From positions 1-36,191 of the forward strand of contig CADBLM010000127.1 of NCBI GenBank assembly GCA_902795445.1: a stretch of DNA of 36,191 bases, read 5' to 3'. Below the pieces are notes generated by a model, which saw nothing but the letters and a program-made list of their open reading frames with translations, had not been told where the DNA came from and did no database searches. The translations under genes were made by a program, and so were the position numbers. The stretch is from an uncultured Bacteroidia bacterium (GTDB lineage Bacteria; Bacteroidota; Bacteroidia; Bacteroidales; UBA932). This document shows, in pieces, positions 25,572 through 34,363 of this stretch (the first letter of the stretch is position 1; each line of letters begins with the position of its first letter).

Positions 25572-25983
25572 TCAATAGCCGTAGCGGCGCCGGAAACGCA
25601 GGAGGAGAAAGACGCTCATTACCAGGCAGCAGAGGTCGGCGGCATCAACGGCAAGCCAGATGCCGTCGGGACCGAGGAGCCGGGGCAGCGGCTCCATCAG
25701 CAGGAAAAGAGGAAGTGCAAAGAGCAGGGAGAGCCCCAGCGTGAAAGCGATGAGCAGGCTGAACACCCGGTTGGCACGCTTCGGGTCGCCCTGCCCCAAT
25801 ATCTGCGAGACAAGGGCGGAGCCGCCCGTTCCGACCATCAGCCCGATGGAGCCGATCAGCATAACGGCCGGCCAGATGACATTGAGGGCGGCAAAGGCCG
25901 TCGTGCCGACGAGATTGGATACGAACAGGCCGTCCACCACGCTGTAAATGCTCCCGACGAGGACCATCAGGAGCGATTTGCAT
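25572..25983 (-). pseudogene. internally deleted MATE efflux transporter remnant
   Basis: MATE N-terminal motifs (SIYSVVDGLFVSNLVG..AFAALN, GTGGSALVSQILG) joined directly to a MATE C-terminal motif (LPRLLGPDGIWLA...YGY); 131 aa against about 450 aa for a full MATE. Confidence 0.8.
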
Positions 25984-25994
25984 CGTCCGTACCG

Positions 25995-26498
25995 CTATTG
26001 GATTTCTACGAGTTTGACGGTCCCGGGAATCTCATCGTCCGGCTGCGGGGTCAGGTGGATGATACGCTGGTTGGAACTACCCCGGAACAGCAGGTGCGTA
26101 TTACGCAGCGCCAGGACGAAAGGTCCCTCCACCAGGGTGTCGATATAGGGTAAAATCTGGGACAGACGGGGGTCCGCAAGCACTTCTTCATAGGTGAAGC
26201 CGGTATAGCACCAGATATTCTTGCCGGTCCGTTCCTTGATTTTGCGGGCCAGTTCCGTGAAGGCTTCGACCTGGTACAGCGGGTCGCCCCCGCTGAAGGT
26301 GACATTGCTGAATTCATCCGCCGCCACCAGTTCCACCAAATCGTCCACTTCCACTTCCCTGCCGCCTTTGAAATCCCAGGACTGGGGGTTGTGGCAGCCT
26401 TCGCAATGATGGGCGCAGCCGGCGCAATAGATGGAGGTCCGCAGCCCCGGACCGTCGGCCATCGTCTGATGGATGATATCGAGAATTCTGATTGTCAT
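25995..26498 (-). CDS. nrdG: anaerobic ribonucleotide reductase activating protein (radical SAM)
   Basis: Start reassigned to MTIRILDI (26498); DGPGLRTSIY..GCAHHCEGCHNPQSW, TFSGGDP, IWCYTG, FRGSSNQRII. Confidence 0.93.
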   Translation of the reverse strand: MTIRILDIIHQTMADGPGLRTSIYCAGCAHHCEGCHNPQSWDFKGGREVEVDDLVELVAADEFSNVTFSGGDPLYQVEAFTELARKIKERTGKNIWCYTGFTYEEVLADPRLSQILPYIDTLVEGPFVLALRNTHLLFRGSSNQRIIHLTPQPDDEIPGTVKLVEIQ

Positions 26499-26508
26499 AC
26501 GCGTAGTT

Positions 26509-27687
26509 TTATGGCCGCAGCCAGTTTTCGGGATTCTGGTGCTGGCTGCCCTTCCACAGTTCGAAATGGAGGCGGCTGGCACCGGAAACCGTATCGACCG
26601 TTCCCAGCTGCTGGCCGGTCTTGACCTTATCACCGACCTTGACCTGGGTAGATTTGAGTTTGCAGTAGAAGGTAAAATAGTTACCGTGCCGCAGCATCCC
26701 GCAAAGATTGTAACCGGGGATGACGACGACCTGCGTGACCGTTCCGTCAAACACGGCCCTGACGGGCGCCCCCTGGGCGACGGCGATGTTGATGCCTTTG
26801 TTGAAAGGCATCTTGACATTGGTGAAGACGGGGTGATAGTGCTGGCCGTATTTCTCGACGATGCTGCCTTCCGCGGGCCAGGGCAGTTTGCCTTTGTTCT
26901 TGGAAAACTCTCCGTCGAGCACATAATCGACGGGCTGGGACTTTTTGGGCGGAGCCTTGACGGCACTGTTGACAATCCGCTCGATTTCTTTGTCCAGGCG
27001 TTCCACCTCCCTGCGTTTGCGGGCGGTTTCGGCCGTATATTTGTTTTTGTTTTTCTTGAGTGTCGCCATCTGGCGGCTGTAGTCCTTTTCTTCTTTCTGA
27101 AGCCGGGACAAATCCCGGGCCCGCTCATTGCGAAGCTGCTGCTGGCGGCTGCGGAGGCGGGAAAGGCTGTCCATTTCATCCTGAAGCTGCACCCGCGCCT
27201 CCTTGAGTTCGAAGGCCTGGGACTTGAGATTGTCGGAGAGGGTCCGGAAATAGCTGTAGCGCCGGTACGCCTGTCCGAGACTTTCGCTGGCCAGGATATA
27301 GACATACCAGGAACTCATATTGCGGCTCTTGTAGGCGCTGACCAGCAGACGGGAATAATACTTGTCCAGCGTATCCACGCGCTGCCGCATCTGCTCGGCA
27401 TTGCGGCGCCGGACGGCAATCTGGCCGTCCGTCGAGCGGAGCTCGCGGTCCGTTTCGGCGACGAGGGCCTTGCGCGAGGAGACCAGTTTCCCGGTCAGGG
27501 TGAATTTCTCCAACACATCCTTGCTCTTGGCTTCATTTTCACGAATCTGGCCTTCGAGGAGCGTGATTTCCTTTTCCAGATTCTGTTTTTTCCGGGTCTG
27601 ACGGGACGTATCCTGGCCCTGGAGGGGCAGGAAAAGACAGACGGACAGGAGCGTCAGTACGAATATTCGCCCTTTATTGCTTCGCAT
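26509..27687 (-). CDS. envC: murein hydrolase activator EnvC-like protein (coiled coil plus degenerate M23/LytM)
   Basis: Signal peptide, long coiled coil, KGKLPWP, NKGINI (HxxxD lost), VRAVFDG, LHFELW, NPENWL. Confidence 0.85.
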   Translation of the reverse strand: MRSNKGRIFVLTLLSVCLFLPLQGQDTSRQTRKKQNLEKEITLLEGQIRENEAKSKDVLEKFTLTGKLVSSRKALVAETDRELRSTDGQIAVRRRNAEQMRQRVDTLDKYYSRLLVSAYKSRNMSSWYVYILASESLGQAYRRYSYFRTLSDNLKSQAFELKEARVQLQDEMDSLSRLRSRQQQLRNERARDLSRLQKEEKDYSRQMATLKKNKNKYTAETARKRREVERLDKEIERIVNSAVKAPPKKSQPVDYVLDGEFSKNKGKLPWPAEGSIVEKYGQHYHPVFTNVKMPFNKGINIAVAQGAPVRAVFDGTVTQVVVIPGYNLCGMLRHGNYFTFYCKLKSTQVKVGDKVKTGQQLGTVDTVSGASRLHFELWKGSQHQNPENWLRP

Positions 27688-28993
27688 TTCCGGCTGCGAT
27701 GGCCTTGGCGGCCTTTTCGATTTTTTCTTCCAGTCCCTCGACTTCCTGATTTTCGTTTTTGGTCAGGGCCTTGGTCCAGTAGGAATGGGCCAGGCGGTAC
27801 TCGCCCAGGTCGTAGAGCACGGTAGCGTAGTGGTCGAGAATGACGGCATTGTCGTTGCCCCCGTAGAGTTTGGCGTGGTTGAACTGCGCCTTGGCTTCCT
27901 CCAGACGGCCCAGCAGATAGAGAATCCAGCCGCAGGTATCCAGATAGGTCGCATTGTCGGGCTCGGCCTCGACGGTCTTGCGGCTCATCTGCAAAGCCTT
28001 CTTCAAGTTGCGCTTGCGGAGGCTGAGGAAATAGGCGTAATTATTGAGGATAAGGATGTTGTCCGGGTCGAGGCGGAGGGCTTTGTCGTAGGTGTCGAAA
28101 CATTTCTGCCACATCTCTCCCTTGAAATAGATTTCCCCGAGCCAGGAATAATGCGAGAGCACTTTCTTGCGGTCACCTTTCTGGAGCGTGATGAGTTTTT
28201 CGAGCAGGGCGGCGGAGCCTTTGTAGTCTTTGCGGAAATACTTGGCAGCCGTCCCGTAATAGCACAGGGTCGTATCCTGCTGGAAACGCGAGACAGCCTC
28301 CGCAGCGTAAACATCCAATTGCTCCCAGTCGCCCAGCCAGGCCAGAATCTGACACCAGTTGTCCATCGGCGCGGGACTGCCGGGATGCGACTTGTCGAGG
28401 TTGACATAGAGCGAATCGAGCCAGGGGCGCATCGCCTTGACTTCTTCGCGGGAAAAATCTTTCAGGAGGCCGGAGAGATATTTCAACTTATCCTCCTCAT
28501 CCAGTCCTTCGCCGGTGACGTAGCTCTTGGCGATGGGGTAATACTTGTCGTAATGTCCGGCCCGCAGATAGATTTCTCCGATTTCATCCGCCAGGTAAGG
28601 GTCTTTCGGTCTTTCCTTTTCCAGCCTTTCGTATTGCGCCAGCGCCTTTTCATAGGACTTGGTCGCTCCATAAAGCTGGGCCAGGCGATGGCGGTACCAG
28701 GTGTTGCTGCTGTCCAGCGCCACCGCTTTTTCCATCCGGGAAACGCCTTCGTTCACTTTGTAAAGGGCCACGTCGCACAGGGCCATATAGTAGTTGAGCG
28801 CCCCGTTGTCGGGCTGACGCTGAAGCAGACGGGCAAAGAGGCGGGAAGCGTCTTTGTATTCCCCTTGGGAGAAGAGCCAGACGGCATCGACCATCCCGGG
28901 CAGCACGGCCCGTTCGTCCTCCGCCCTGAGTTTCAACGAAGGAAAGGCCAGCAGGGCCAAGGAAGCAAGCAGGATTAAAAATTTCTCTCTCAT
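27674..28993 (-). CDS. tetratricopeptide-repeat protein
   Basis: Signal peptide from MREKFL; TPR patterns LNNYAYFLS, YLDTCGWILY, ILDHYA. Confidence 0.9.
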   Translation of the reverse strand: MREKFLILLASLALLAFPSLKLRAEDERAVLPGMVDAVWLFSQGEYKDASRLFARLLQRQPDNGALNYYMALCDVALYKVNEGVSRMEKAVALDSSNTWYRHRLAQLYGATKSYEKALAQYERLEKERPKDPYLADEIGEIYLRAGHYDKYYPIAKSYVTGEGLDEEDKLKYLSGLLKDFSREEVKAMRPWLDSLYVNLDKSHPGSPAPMDNWCQILAWLGDWEQLDVYAAEAVSRFQQDTTLCYYGTAAKYFRKDYKGSAALLEKLITLQKGDRKKVLSHYSWLGEIYFKGEMWQKCFDTYDKALRLDPDNILILNNYAYFLSLRKRNLKKALQMSRKTVEAEPDNATYLDTCGWILYLLGRLEEAKAQFNHAKLYGGNDNAVILDHYATVLYDLGEYRLAHSYWTKALTKNENQEVEGLEEKIEKAAKAIAAGNAKQ

Positions 28994-29002
28994 AACAACG
29001 GA

Positions 29003-29022
29003 CAAATTTAGCAATAATTTTG
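29003..29022. promoter_or_regulatory. back-to-back divergent -7 promoter elements
   Basis: TAAATTTG on minus (29010-29003) and TAATTTTG on plus (29015-29022). Confidence 0.55.
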
Positions 29023-29071
29023 TTTTTCTCTCGGCTTGCTTGTAACTTTACCTTCCATTTGATGCAACCTA

Positions 29072-29611
29072 ATGGAGAAAAACAGCATCCATACTTTGGT
29101 CGAATCCTGCAAAAAAGGAGACCGGGGCTCGCAGAAGTCGTTGTACGACAGGCTGGCACCCCGTATGTTTGCCGTATGCCTGCGCTATTGCGGAGGCGAC
29201 CGGCAGATGGCGGAAGATTTGTTGCAGGACGGCTTCGTGACGCTGTTTACCAAATTGGATTCCTTCAAGGGAGAAGGGGCGTTCGAAGGCTGGGCCAGAA
29301 AGATTTTTGTCAATACGGCTTTGATGGAACTGCGGCGCAAGGATGCGCTCAAACTCAGCGACGACCTGGAAGAAGCGAGGGGGATGACGACCGACATCCC
29401 GAGCCAGACGGAGGACATCGGTTATCAGGAGTTGATGGAGTTGCTTGCCCGGATGCCCGCGGGATTTCGCACGGTTTTCAATATGTATGTGGTGGAAGGT
29501 TATTCCCACAAGGAAATCAGCGAAGCCTTGGGAGTCAGCGAAGTGACCAGCCGTTCGCAGTTGGCGCGGGCACGTTTGTGGCTGCAGGAAAGAATAAAAC
29601 GTGACAGATGA
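29072..29611 (+). CDS. ECF RNA polymerase sigma factor
   Basis: AEDLLQDGF, FEGWARKIFVN, FNMYVVEGYSHKEISEALG, SRSQLARAR. Confidence 0.95.
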   Translation: MEKNSIHTLVESCKKGDRGSQKSLYDRLAPRMFAVCLRYCGGDRQMAEDLLQDGFVTLFTKLDSFKGEGAFEGWARKIFVNTALMELRRKDALKLSDDLEEARGMTTDIPSQTEDIGYQELMELLARMPAGFRTVFNMYVVEGYSHKEISEALGVSEVTSRSQLARARLWLQERIKRDR

Positions 29612-30972
29612 TGCAGGAAAACGGACATAGCGGGTTTGACCGGAAGATTCAGAATCTTCTGGCGGATGCCGTTGAGCCGGTACCCGAAAGCGCGTGGGAG
29701 GGCATCGCCGCCCGACTGGCTGCTGCGGGTGCTGCATCAGCTGCCGGTGCGGCGAATGCCGGAGCAAAGGGAGCCGCTGCAACGGGTGAAAAAGGGAAAG
29801 GCCGCATCATCCGCTGGACGGCTGTTTCCGTCGCTGCCGCAGCCGCCCTGGCCTTGCTGCTTACGCCCTGGAGCCAGCCGCAATCTCCTTCCGAAGATGC
29901 CCCCGACCTCGCCGTGGTGACGGAGGTGCCGGCAAGCGCCACAGAGACGAAGTCCGTTGCCGCCGCAGCCAACCCGTCAGGCGAGACGGAGCCTGCCGCG
30001 ACGAGTGAAACGGGACCTGCCACGATGAGTGAAACGGGACCTGCCGCCCCCGCCGCAAGGGCGCGTGAGAGCGTTGCCGTTGCGAAAGCTCCGGAGACAA
30101 GCGAGGCGGTAGCCGTGGTGACGGAAGCCCCGCAGAAACGCGAGGGAATGACGGTTGCAACGGAGACCCCGCAGAAACGCGAGGGAATGACGGTTGCAAC
30201 GGAGACCCCGCAGACGAGTGAGACGACGACCGCTGCCGCGGCAAACCCGCAAGATAGCAAATTGCTGGCGGAGATTCCGGACTGGGAAGAAGAAACACCC
30301 TCAGGAAGCCGCAAGGCGGACAAATCCGGCTTCAACATCGCCGGCTATTCCAACGCCCTGAGCAATTTCACCTCCAAGAAGAACGGACAGTACACCGGCT
30401 ACAGCGGTGCCACCGACAGCAGCCTGCCCAATCATTCTTACGTGCAGGAAACCGGAGAAGTCAATTATAGCATTCCCATCAGCGCAGGCCTCAACGTGAC
30501 GTACGACATCACCCCGCGCTGGTCGGTCGGCATCGGCATCAACTATACCCGCCTGTCCCGCAACTTCTCCGGGACCTATTTCGAATGGAATGGCGAACAA
30601 TTTGACGGCGGGACTGCCTACGACAACATCTTCAACATCCAGCAATTCATCGGCGTACCCGTCACGGCCTATTTCCACATCCTGCGCAGCGACCGCATCG
30701 ATTTCTATGTTCACGCCGGAGGAACGGTCGAGAAATGCCTGGCGAACACCTGGACGGCCAACAAGCGGCAGCTCAACCACAACGAAGCGGTCAACGGGGC
30801 ACAACTCAGCGTAGGAGCCGGCCTGGGCGTGGATTTCGTCCTGTCACCGCTGGTCAGCATCTATCTCGATCCTGATATCAAATACTATTTCCGCCTCAAC
30901 CAACCCAAGAGCATCCGCACCAAGCAGCCGCTGATGCTCGGTTTCGAACTCGGTGTCCGCTTCCACCTGTAA
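29608..30972 (+). CDS. putative anti-sigma partner: N-terminal helix, TM segment, low-complexity linker, C-terminal outer-membrane beta-barrel-like domain
   Basis: Overlaps the sigma stop (ATGA); FDRKIQ..VPESAWEGIAARL; hydrophobic AVSVAAAAALALLL; amphipathic strands ending GFELGVRFHL. Confidence 0.78.
   Translation: MMQENGHSGFDRKIQNLLADAVEPVPESAWEGIAARLAAAGAASAAGAANAGAKGAAATGEKGKGRIIRWTAVSVAAAAALALLLTPWSQPQSPSEDAPDLAVVTEVPASATETKSVAAAANPSGETEPAATSETGPATMSETGPAAPAARARESVAVAKAPETSEAVAVVTEAPQKREGMTVATETPQKREGMTVATETPQTSETTTAAAANPQDSKLLAEIPDWEEETPSGSRKADKSGFNIAGYSNALSNFTSKKNGQYTGYSGATDSSLPNHSYVQETGEVNYSIPISAGLNVTYDITPRWSVGIGINYTRLSRNFSGTYFEWNGEQFDGGTAYDNIFNIQQFIGVPVTAYFHILRSDRIDFYVHAGGTVEKCLANTWTANKRQLNHNEAVNGAQLSVGAGLGVDFVLSPLVSIYLDPDIKYYFRLNQPKSIRTKQPLMLGFELGVRFHL
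30003..30045 (+). repeat. 24-bp-period direct repeat (SETGPA)
   Basis: gagtgaaacgggacctgcc at 30003 and 30027; a degenerate copy lies just upstream. Confidence 0.85.
30128..30214 (+). repeat. 39-bp perfect tandem repeat, about 2.2 copies (PQKREGMTVATET)
   Basis: ccccgcagaaacgcgagggaatgacggttgcaacggaga at 30128 and 30167, partial copy at 30206. Confidence 0.92.
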
Positions 30973-30977
30973 GCCCG

Positions 30978-31916
30978 TCAGAGCGAGCGGAGGAATTCGA
31001 GGGGATTGGTGACAATGGCGGAACGACAGACCGGAACGTTGTCTCCAGCATCTGAGACGGTCTGCTTTAGATAACGTTCAAGCAAATCCATCGTAAACTG
31101 TTCGCTCTCATAATGTCCGAGGGCGACCAGCATACAGCCGTCCGCCTCGAAATAATCGTGATAGCGGATCTCGCCGGTGACATAGCAGTCCGCCCCGGCC
31201 GCAATGGCGTCGCGGATGAATTCTCCGCCGGAGCCGCCGCACAGGGCCACGGTGTGAATCGTCGCAGGCTGCGCGTCCGCCCGGGAGCAGGAAGGAAATC
31301 CGGGCTCCTGCTGCCGGAAGCCAGGACAGGACCAGCGCAGGGCGGGCGCAGCAAAAATATCCGCCAGCCGGCGGGCAAAGGCTTCCGGCTCCATCGCTTC
31401 GGGCAGGACGCCGATGACACCGCTGCCGGGAACCGCCGCCGGACAGCCTGCGAGAGCGGAGGGACAAGCCGCCGGGCTGTCAGAAGGGATGACGGGACCT
31501 GATGGCAGAGACGCCAGCGTACGCACTTGCCGGAGTCCGATGCGGGCGGCCATTTCCCAGGAGACGCCTCCGGGCGCATTGTCCAGATTGGTATGCGCCG
31601 CATACAGGGCCACACCGTTGCAGAGGGCCTTGGCGACGCAGCGTTGCTGGTAAGTCGCGCCGGTGACATTTTTGAGCGGACGGAAAATCAGGGGATGGTG
31701 CGCCACGACCAGGTTGCAGCCCCGGGAGACCGCCTCGTCGATGACCGCTTCCGTGATGTCTATACAGACCAGCACACCCGTCACTTCCGCATCGCGGCCA
31801 AGCGGGACGCCGGCTTTGTCAAAAAGGCCGGCCTGCAGGCCGCTGTTGTCATAATCTTCCTGCCAGCGCAATGGAGCCAGGCGCTCCAGCGCATCCGTGA
31901 TGCTTCCCAGTGTCAT
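30978..31916 (-). CDS. Nif3-like dinuclear metal centre protein (YbgI/DUF34)
   Basis: QEDYDNSGLQ, VAHHPLIF, HTNLD, VALCGGSG, YVTGEIRYH, GHYESE. Confidence 0.93.
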   Translation of the reverse strand: MTLGSITDALERLAPLRWQEDYDNSGLQAGLFDKAGVPLGRDAEVTGVLVCIDITEAVIDEAVSRGCNLVVAHHPLIFRPLKNVTGATYQQRCVAKALCNGVALYAAHTNLDNAPGGVSWEMAARIGLRQVRTLASLPSGPVIPSDSPAACPSALAGCPAAVPGSGVIGVLPEAMEPEAFARRLADIFAAPALRWSCPGFRQQEPGFPSCSRADAQPATIHTVALCGGSGGEFIRDAIAAGADCYVTGEIRYHDYFEADGCMLVALGHYESEQFTMDLLERYLKQTVSDAGDNVPVCRSAIVTNPLEFLRSL

Positions 31917-32030
31917 AACTTTTCCATTTCCCGCGAAGATACGAAAAAATTTTTAGCCCTACTCCATCAACAGGGTGACAAACAATTCATTGATTGTCAT
32001 TAGCACAACGACTTAACAATCACCCCCTCC

Positions 32031-32067
32031 AAAAAAAATAGAGGTCGGCCCGAAACGAGCCGACCCC
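32031..32067 (-). terminator. intrinsic terminator of the purine salvage operon
   Basis: Minus-strand RNA GGGGUCGGCUCG-UUU-CGGGCCGACCUC, fully paired with two G-U pairs, followed by UAUUUUUUUU. Confidence 0.88.
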
Positions 32068-32121
32068 TGAATGTGTATCGTACATTTATACCCTTCCGGT
32101 ATATCCTTCTCGGTTGCTGTC

Positions 32122-33444
32122 CTACAGGAAAATGTACTTGAGTACGAAGAGGACGGCGAGAATCCACATCATCGGGCTGATTTCCTTGTACTTGCCGGAG
32201 AGGGCGTAGAGCACCACATAGGCGATGACACCGATGAGGATACCGTCGGAGATGGAGTAGGCAAGGGGCATCAGGATGAGGCAGAGGAATGCCGGGATGC
32301 TCTCACGATAGTTGAGCCAGTTGACCTTGGTGACAGGCTGCATCATCATCATACCCACGATAATGAGGGAAGGAGCGGTAGCGGCACCGGGGATGGCGAG
32401 GAAAATCGGAGAGAAGAGCAGCGCGATGGCAAAGCAGACGGCTGCCGTGAAGGCGGTCAGGCCCGTACGGCCACCCGCACCGACACCGGCGGCACTCTCG
32501 ACATAGGTCGTGGTGGTGGACGTTCCGAGGCAGGCGCCGCAGACCGTACCGATCGCGTCAGCCATAAAGACCTTCTCGGCGTCCTGGATATTGCCTTTCT
32601 CATCAACGAATCCTGCCTTCTCGGCGACGCCGACGACCGTACCCATCGTATCGAACATATCGATGAAGAGGAAGGTGAAGACCACGACAATCATATCAAC
32701 CGAGAGGATCTGGCTCCACTCGAATTTGCAGAAGATGGGAGCGACGCTGTCGGGCAGCGACACGACACCCGTGAAGTGCGTGATGGCCTCACCCGTGGCC
32801 GGATCCTTGATGGAGATGCCGATGATGGCCGTGGCGAGGATACCCAGAAGGATGCCGCCGCGGACGTGAAGCATCACGAGGGTGCCGGAAATCACCAGAC
32901 CGATGACGCCGAGGAGCGCCTTTCCTTCGGTGAGTTTGCCCAGGCCGACAAGGGTGGCGTCATTGTTGACGATGATGCCGGCGCTCTGCAGACCGATGAA
33001 AGCGATGAACAGGCCGATACCGGCACCGATGGCGTGTTTGAGGGACACCGGAACGGCGTTGAGAATCCAGGTACGCACCTTGGTCAGCGAAAGGATGATG
33101 AAGATGATACCTTCAATCAGAACGGCCGTGAGGGCGAACTGCCAGCTGTAGCCCATACCGAAGCAGACCGTGAACACGAAGAAGGCGTTCAGGCCCATAC
33201 CCGGTGCGAGGGCGAAAGGTTTCTTGGCATAGAAGGCCATCACGAGGGTGGCGATGATGGCGGCCAGGGCGGTCGCCGTGAAGACGGAACCTTTGGGCAT
33301 TCCATCAAGGTTGCCGAAAATCATAGGGTTGACGGCGAGGATGTACGCCATCGTGAGGAAAGTGGTGATACCCGCGATGATCTCGGTGCGGATATCGTTC
33401 TTCATCGGGTCAAAGCCGAAGGCTTTTGCGAGGAATTTGTTCAT
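32122..33444 (-). CDS. NCS2/AzgA-like purine base permease
   Basis: TEIIAGITTFLTMAYI, LAPGMGLNAFF, DMFDTMGT, TTYVESAAG..GGRTGLT, YSISDGI. Confidence 0.95.
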   Translation of the reverse strand: MNKFLAKAFGFDPMKNDIRTEIIAGITTFLTMAYILAVNPMIFGNLDGMPKGSVFTATALAAIIATLVMAFYAKKPFALAPGMGLNAFFVFTVCFGMGYSWQFALTAVLIEGIIFIILSLTKVRTWILNAVPVSLKHAIGAGIGLFIAFIGLQSAGIIVNNDATLVGLGKLTEGKALLGVIGLVISGTLVMLHVRGGILLGILATAIIGISIKDPATGEAITHFTGVVSLPDSVAPIFCKFEWSQILSVDMIVVVFTFLFIDMFDTMGTVVGVAEKAGFVDEKGNIQDAEKVFMADAIGTVCGACLGTSTTTTYVESAAGVGAGGRTGLTAFTAAVCFAIALLFSPIFLAIPGAATAPSLIIVGMMMMQPVTKVNWLNYRESIPAFLCLILMPLAYSISDGILIGVIAYVVLYALSGKYKEISPMMWILAVLFVLKYIFL

Positions 33445-33466
33445 ATTATTATATAGTCAATCAATA

Positions 33467-34339
33467 CTAGAATACCCATTTCACACCGAGGCAGGGACGG
33501 CACCAGAAACCTTTGGCCGTACCGAAGTCGACGGACATCTCGATCTCGGTACCCACATTGAGGTTGGGGCAGCCGAAGTGCTGGCCCACGCTGTACCAGA
33601 TCTGGGGCTCGGTAATCATCACGACGTGGGAAAGGGAAGCCTGCGTCCAGTCAGCCTCGAAGCCATCCTTGGTCCATTTGGTCGGAACAACCATATGCTC
33701 CTGGCCCCAGACATCGAGGAAGCCGCTGAAGCGGAGTCCGGTCACGCCGAACAGGTCCTGCATACCCCAGACGAAGGTGAACTGGAGAGGAACGACGGTC
33801 TGGTGGTTTTTCTCAATGACGGGAAGCCCCATCGCGTCCGTTTTGCCCCAGGCTCCCTCATCGTAGAGGATGTGTTTGTACAGGAGCTTGAAGTTGAAGG
33901 TGTTCTTGTAGTCGCTGCTGTGGAGGAAGTAGTCGAAACCGGCGAGGAAGGCGTGGTTGATGTTGTATTTGCTGTAAACGCCGCCGTTGTACTCGACCTG
34001 GAGGCTCAGATCCTTGACGGGCGTATTCTGCCAGAAGTTCAGGCAACGGGCGATTTCCCAGTATGTACCGCTGATGGCCTTGGTCAGACCGGGCATATTC
34101 TGCTGATTGAGTTTGGAACCGATGGGGTCGTAATCGTGATCGACGAAGAAGAAGGTGTTGCCCCAAGGGTCGTTGTAGAAGCCTTCGAGGGTCGTAGTCA
34201 CGCAACGGCGGTCACCACCGAAGTCGTAGAAAATCTGGAGATTGGTGGATCCGTTGAACATCGTGGAACCCTGTTCCGCGGCAAAAGCCGGCACGGCAAG
34301 CGTCAGGACGCTGACCAGAGAGAGAATAGTTTTTTTCAT
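33467..34339 (-). CDS. outer-membrane channel, DUF5020/Tsx-like (putative nucleoside/nucleobase channel)
   Basis: Signal peptide; NLQIFYDFG, TTTLE..DPWGNTFFFVD, YWEIAR, VEYNGG, TEPQIWY, terminal KWVF; purine salvage context. Confidence 0.75.
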   Translation of the reverse strand: MKKTILSLVSVLTLAVPAFAAEQGSTMFNGSTNLQIFYDFGGDRRCVTTTLEGFYNDPWGNTFFFVDHDYDPIGSKLNQQNMPGLTKAISGTYWEIARCLNFWQNTPVKDLSLQVEYNGGVYSKYNINHAFLAGFDYFLHSSDYKNTFNFKLLYKHILYDEGAWGKTDAMGLPVIEKNHQTVVPLQFTFVWGMQDLFGVTGLRFSGFLDVWGQEHMVVPTKWTKDGFEADWTQASLSHVVMITEPQIWYSVGQHFGCPNLNVGTEIEMSVDFGTAKGFWCRPCLGVKWVF

Positions 34340-34363
34340 AAGTATGGAAAATTAAAAAAACAA

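Noticed and set aside
26499-27305. 436-aa NrdG with a long N-terminal fusion
   Set aside because: The extension is an alternative frame of envC with Arg/Ser/Pro-rich non-protein-like composition; NrdG starts at 26498.
30003-30214. CRISPR-like array
   Set aside because: These are in-frame coding tandem repeats with no unique spacers and no cas genes.
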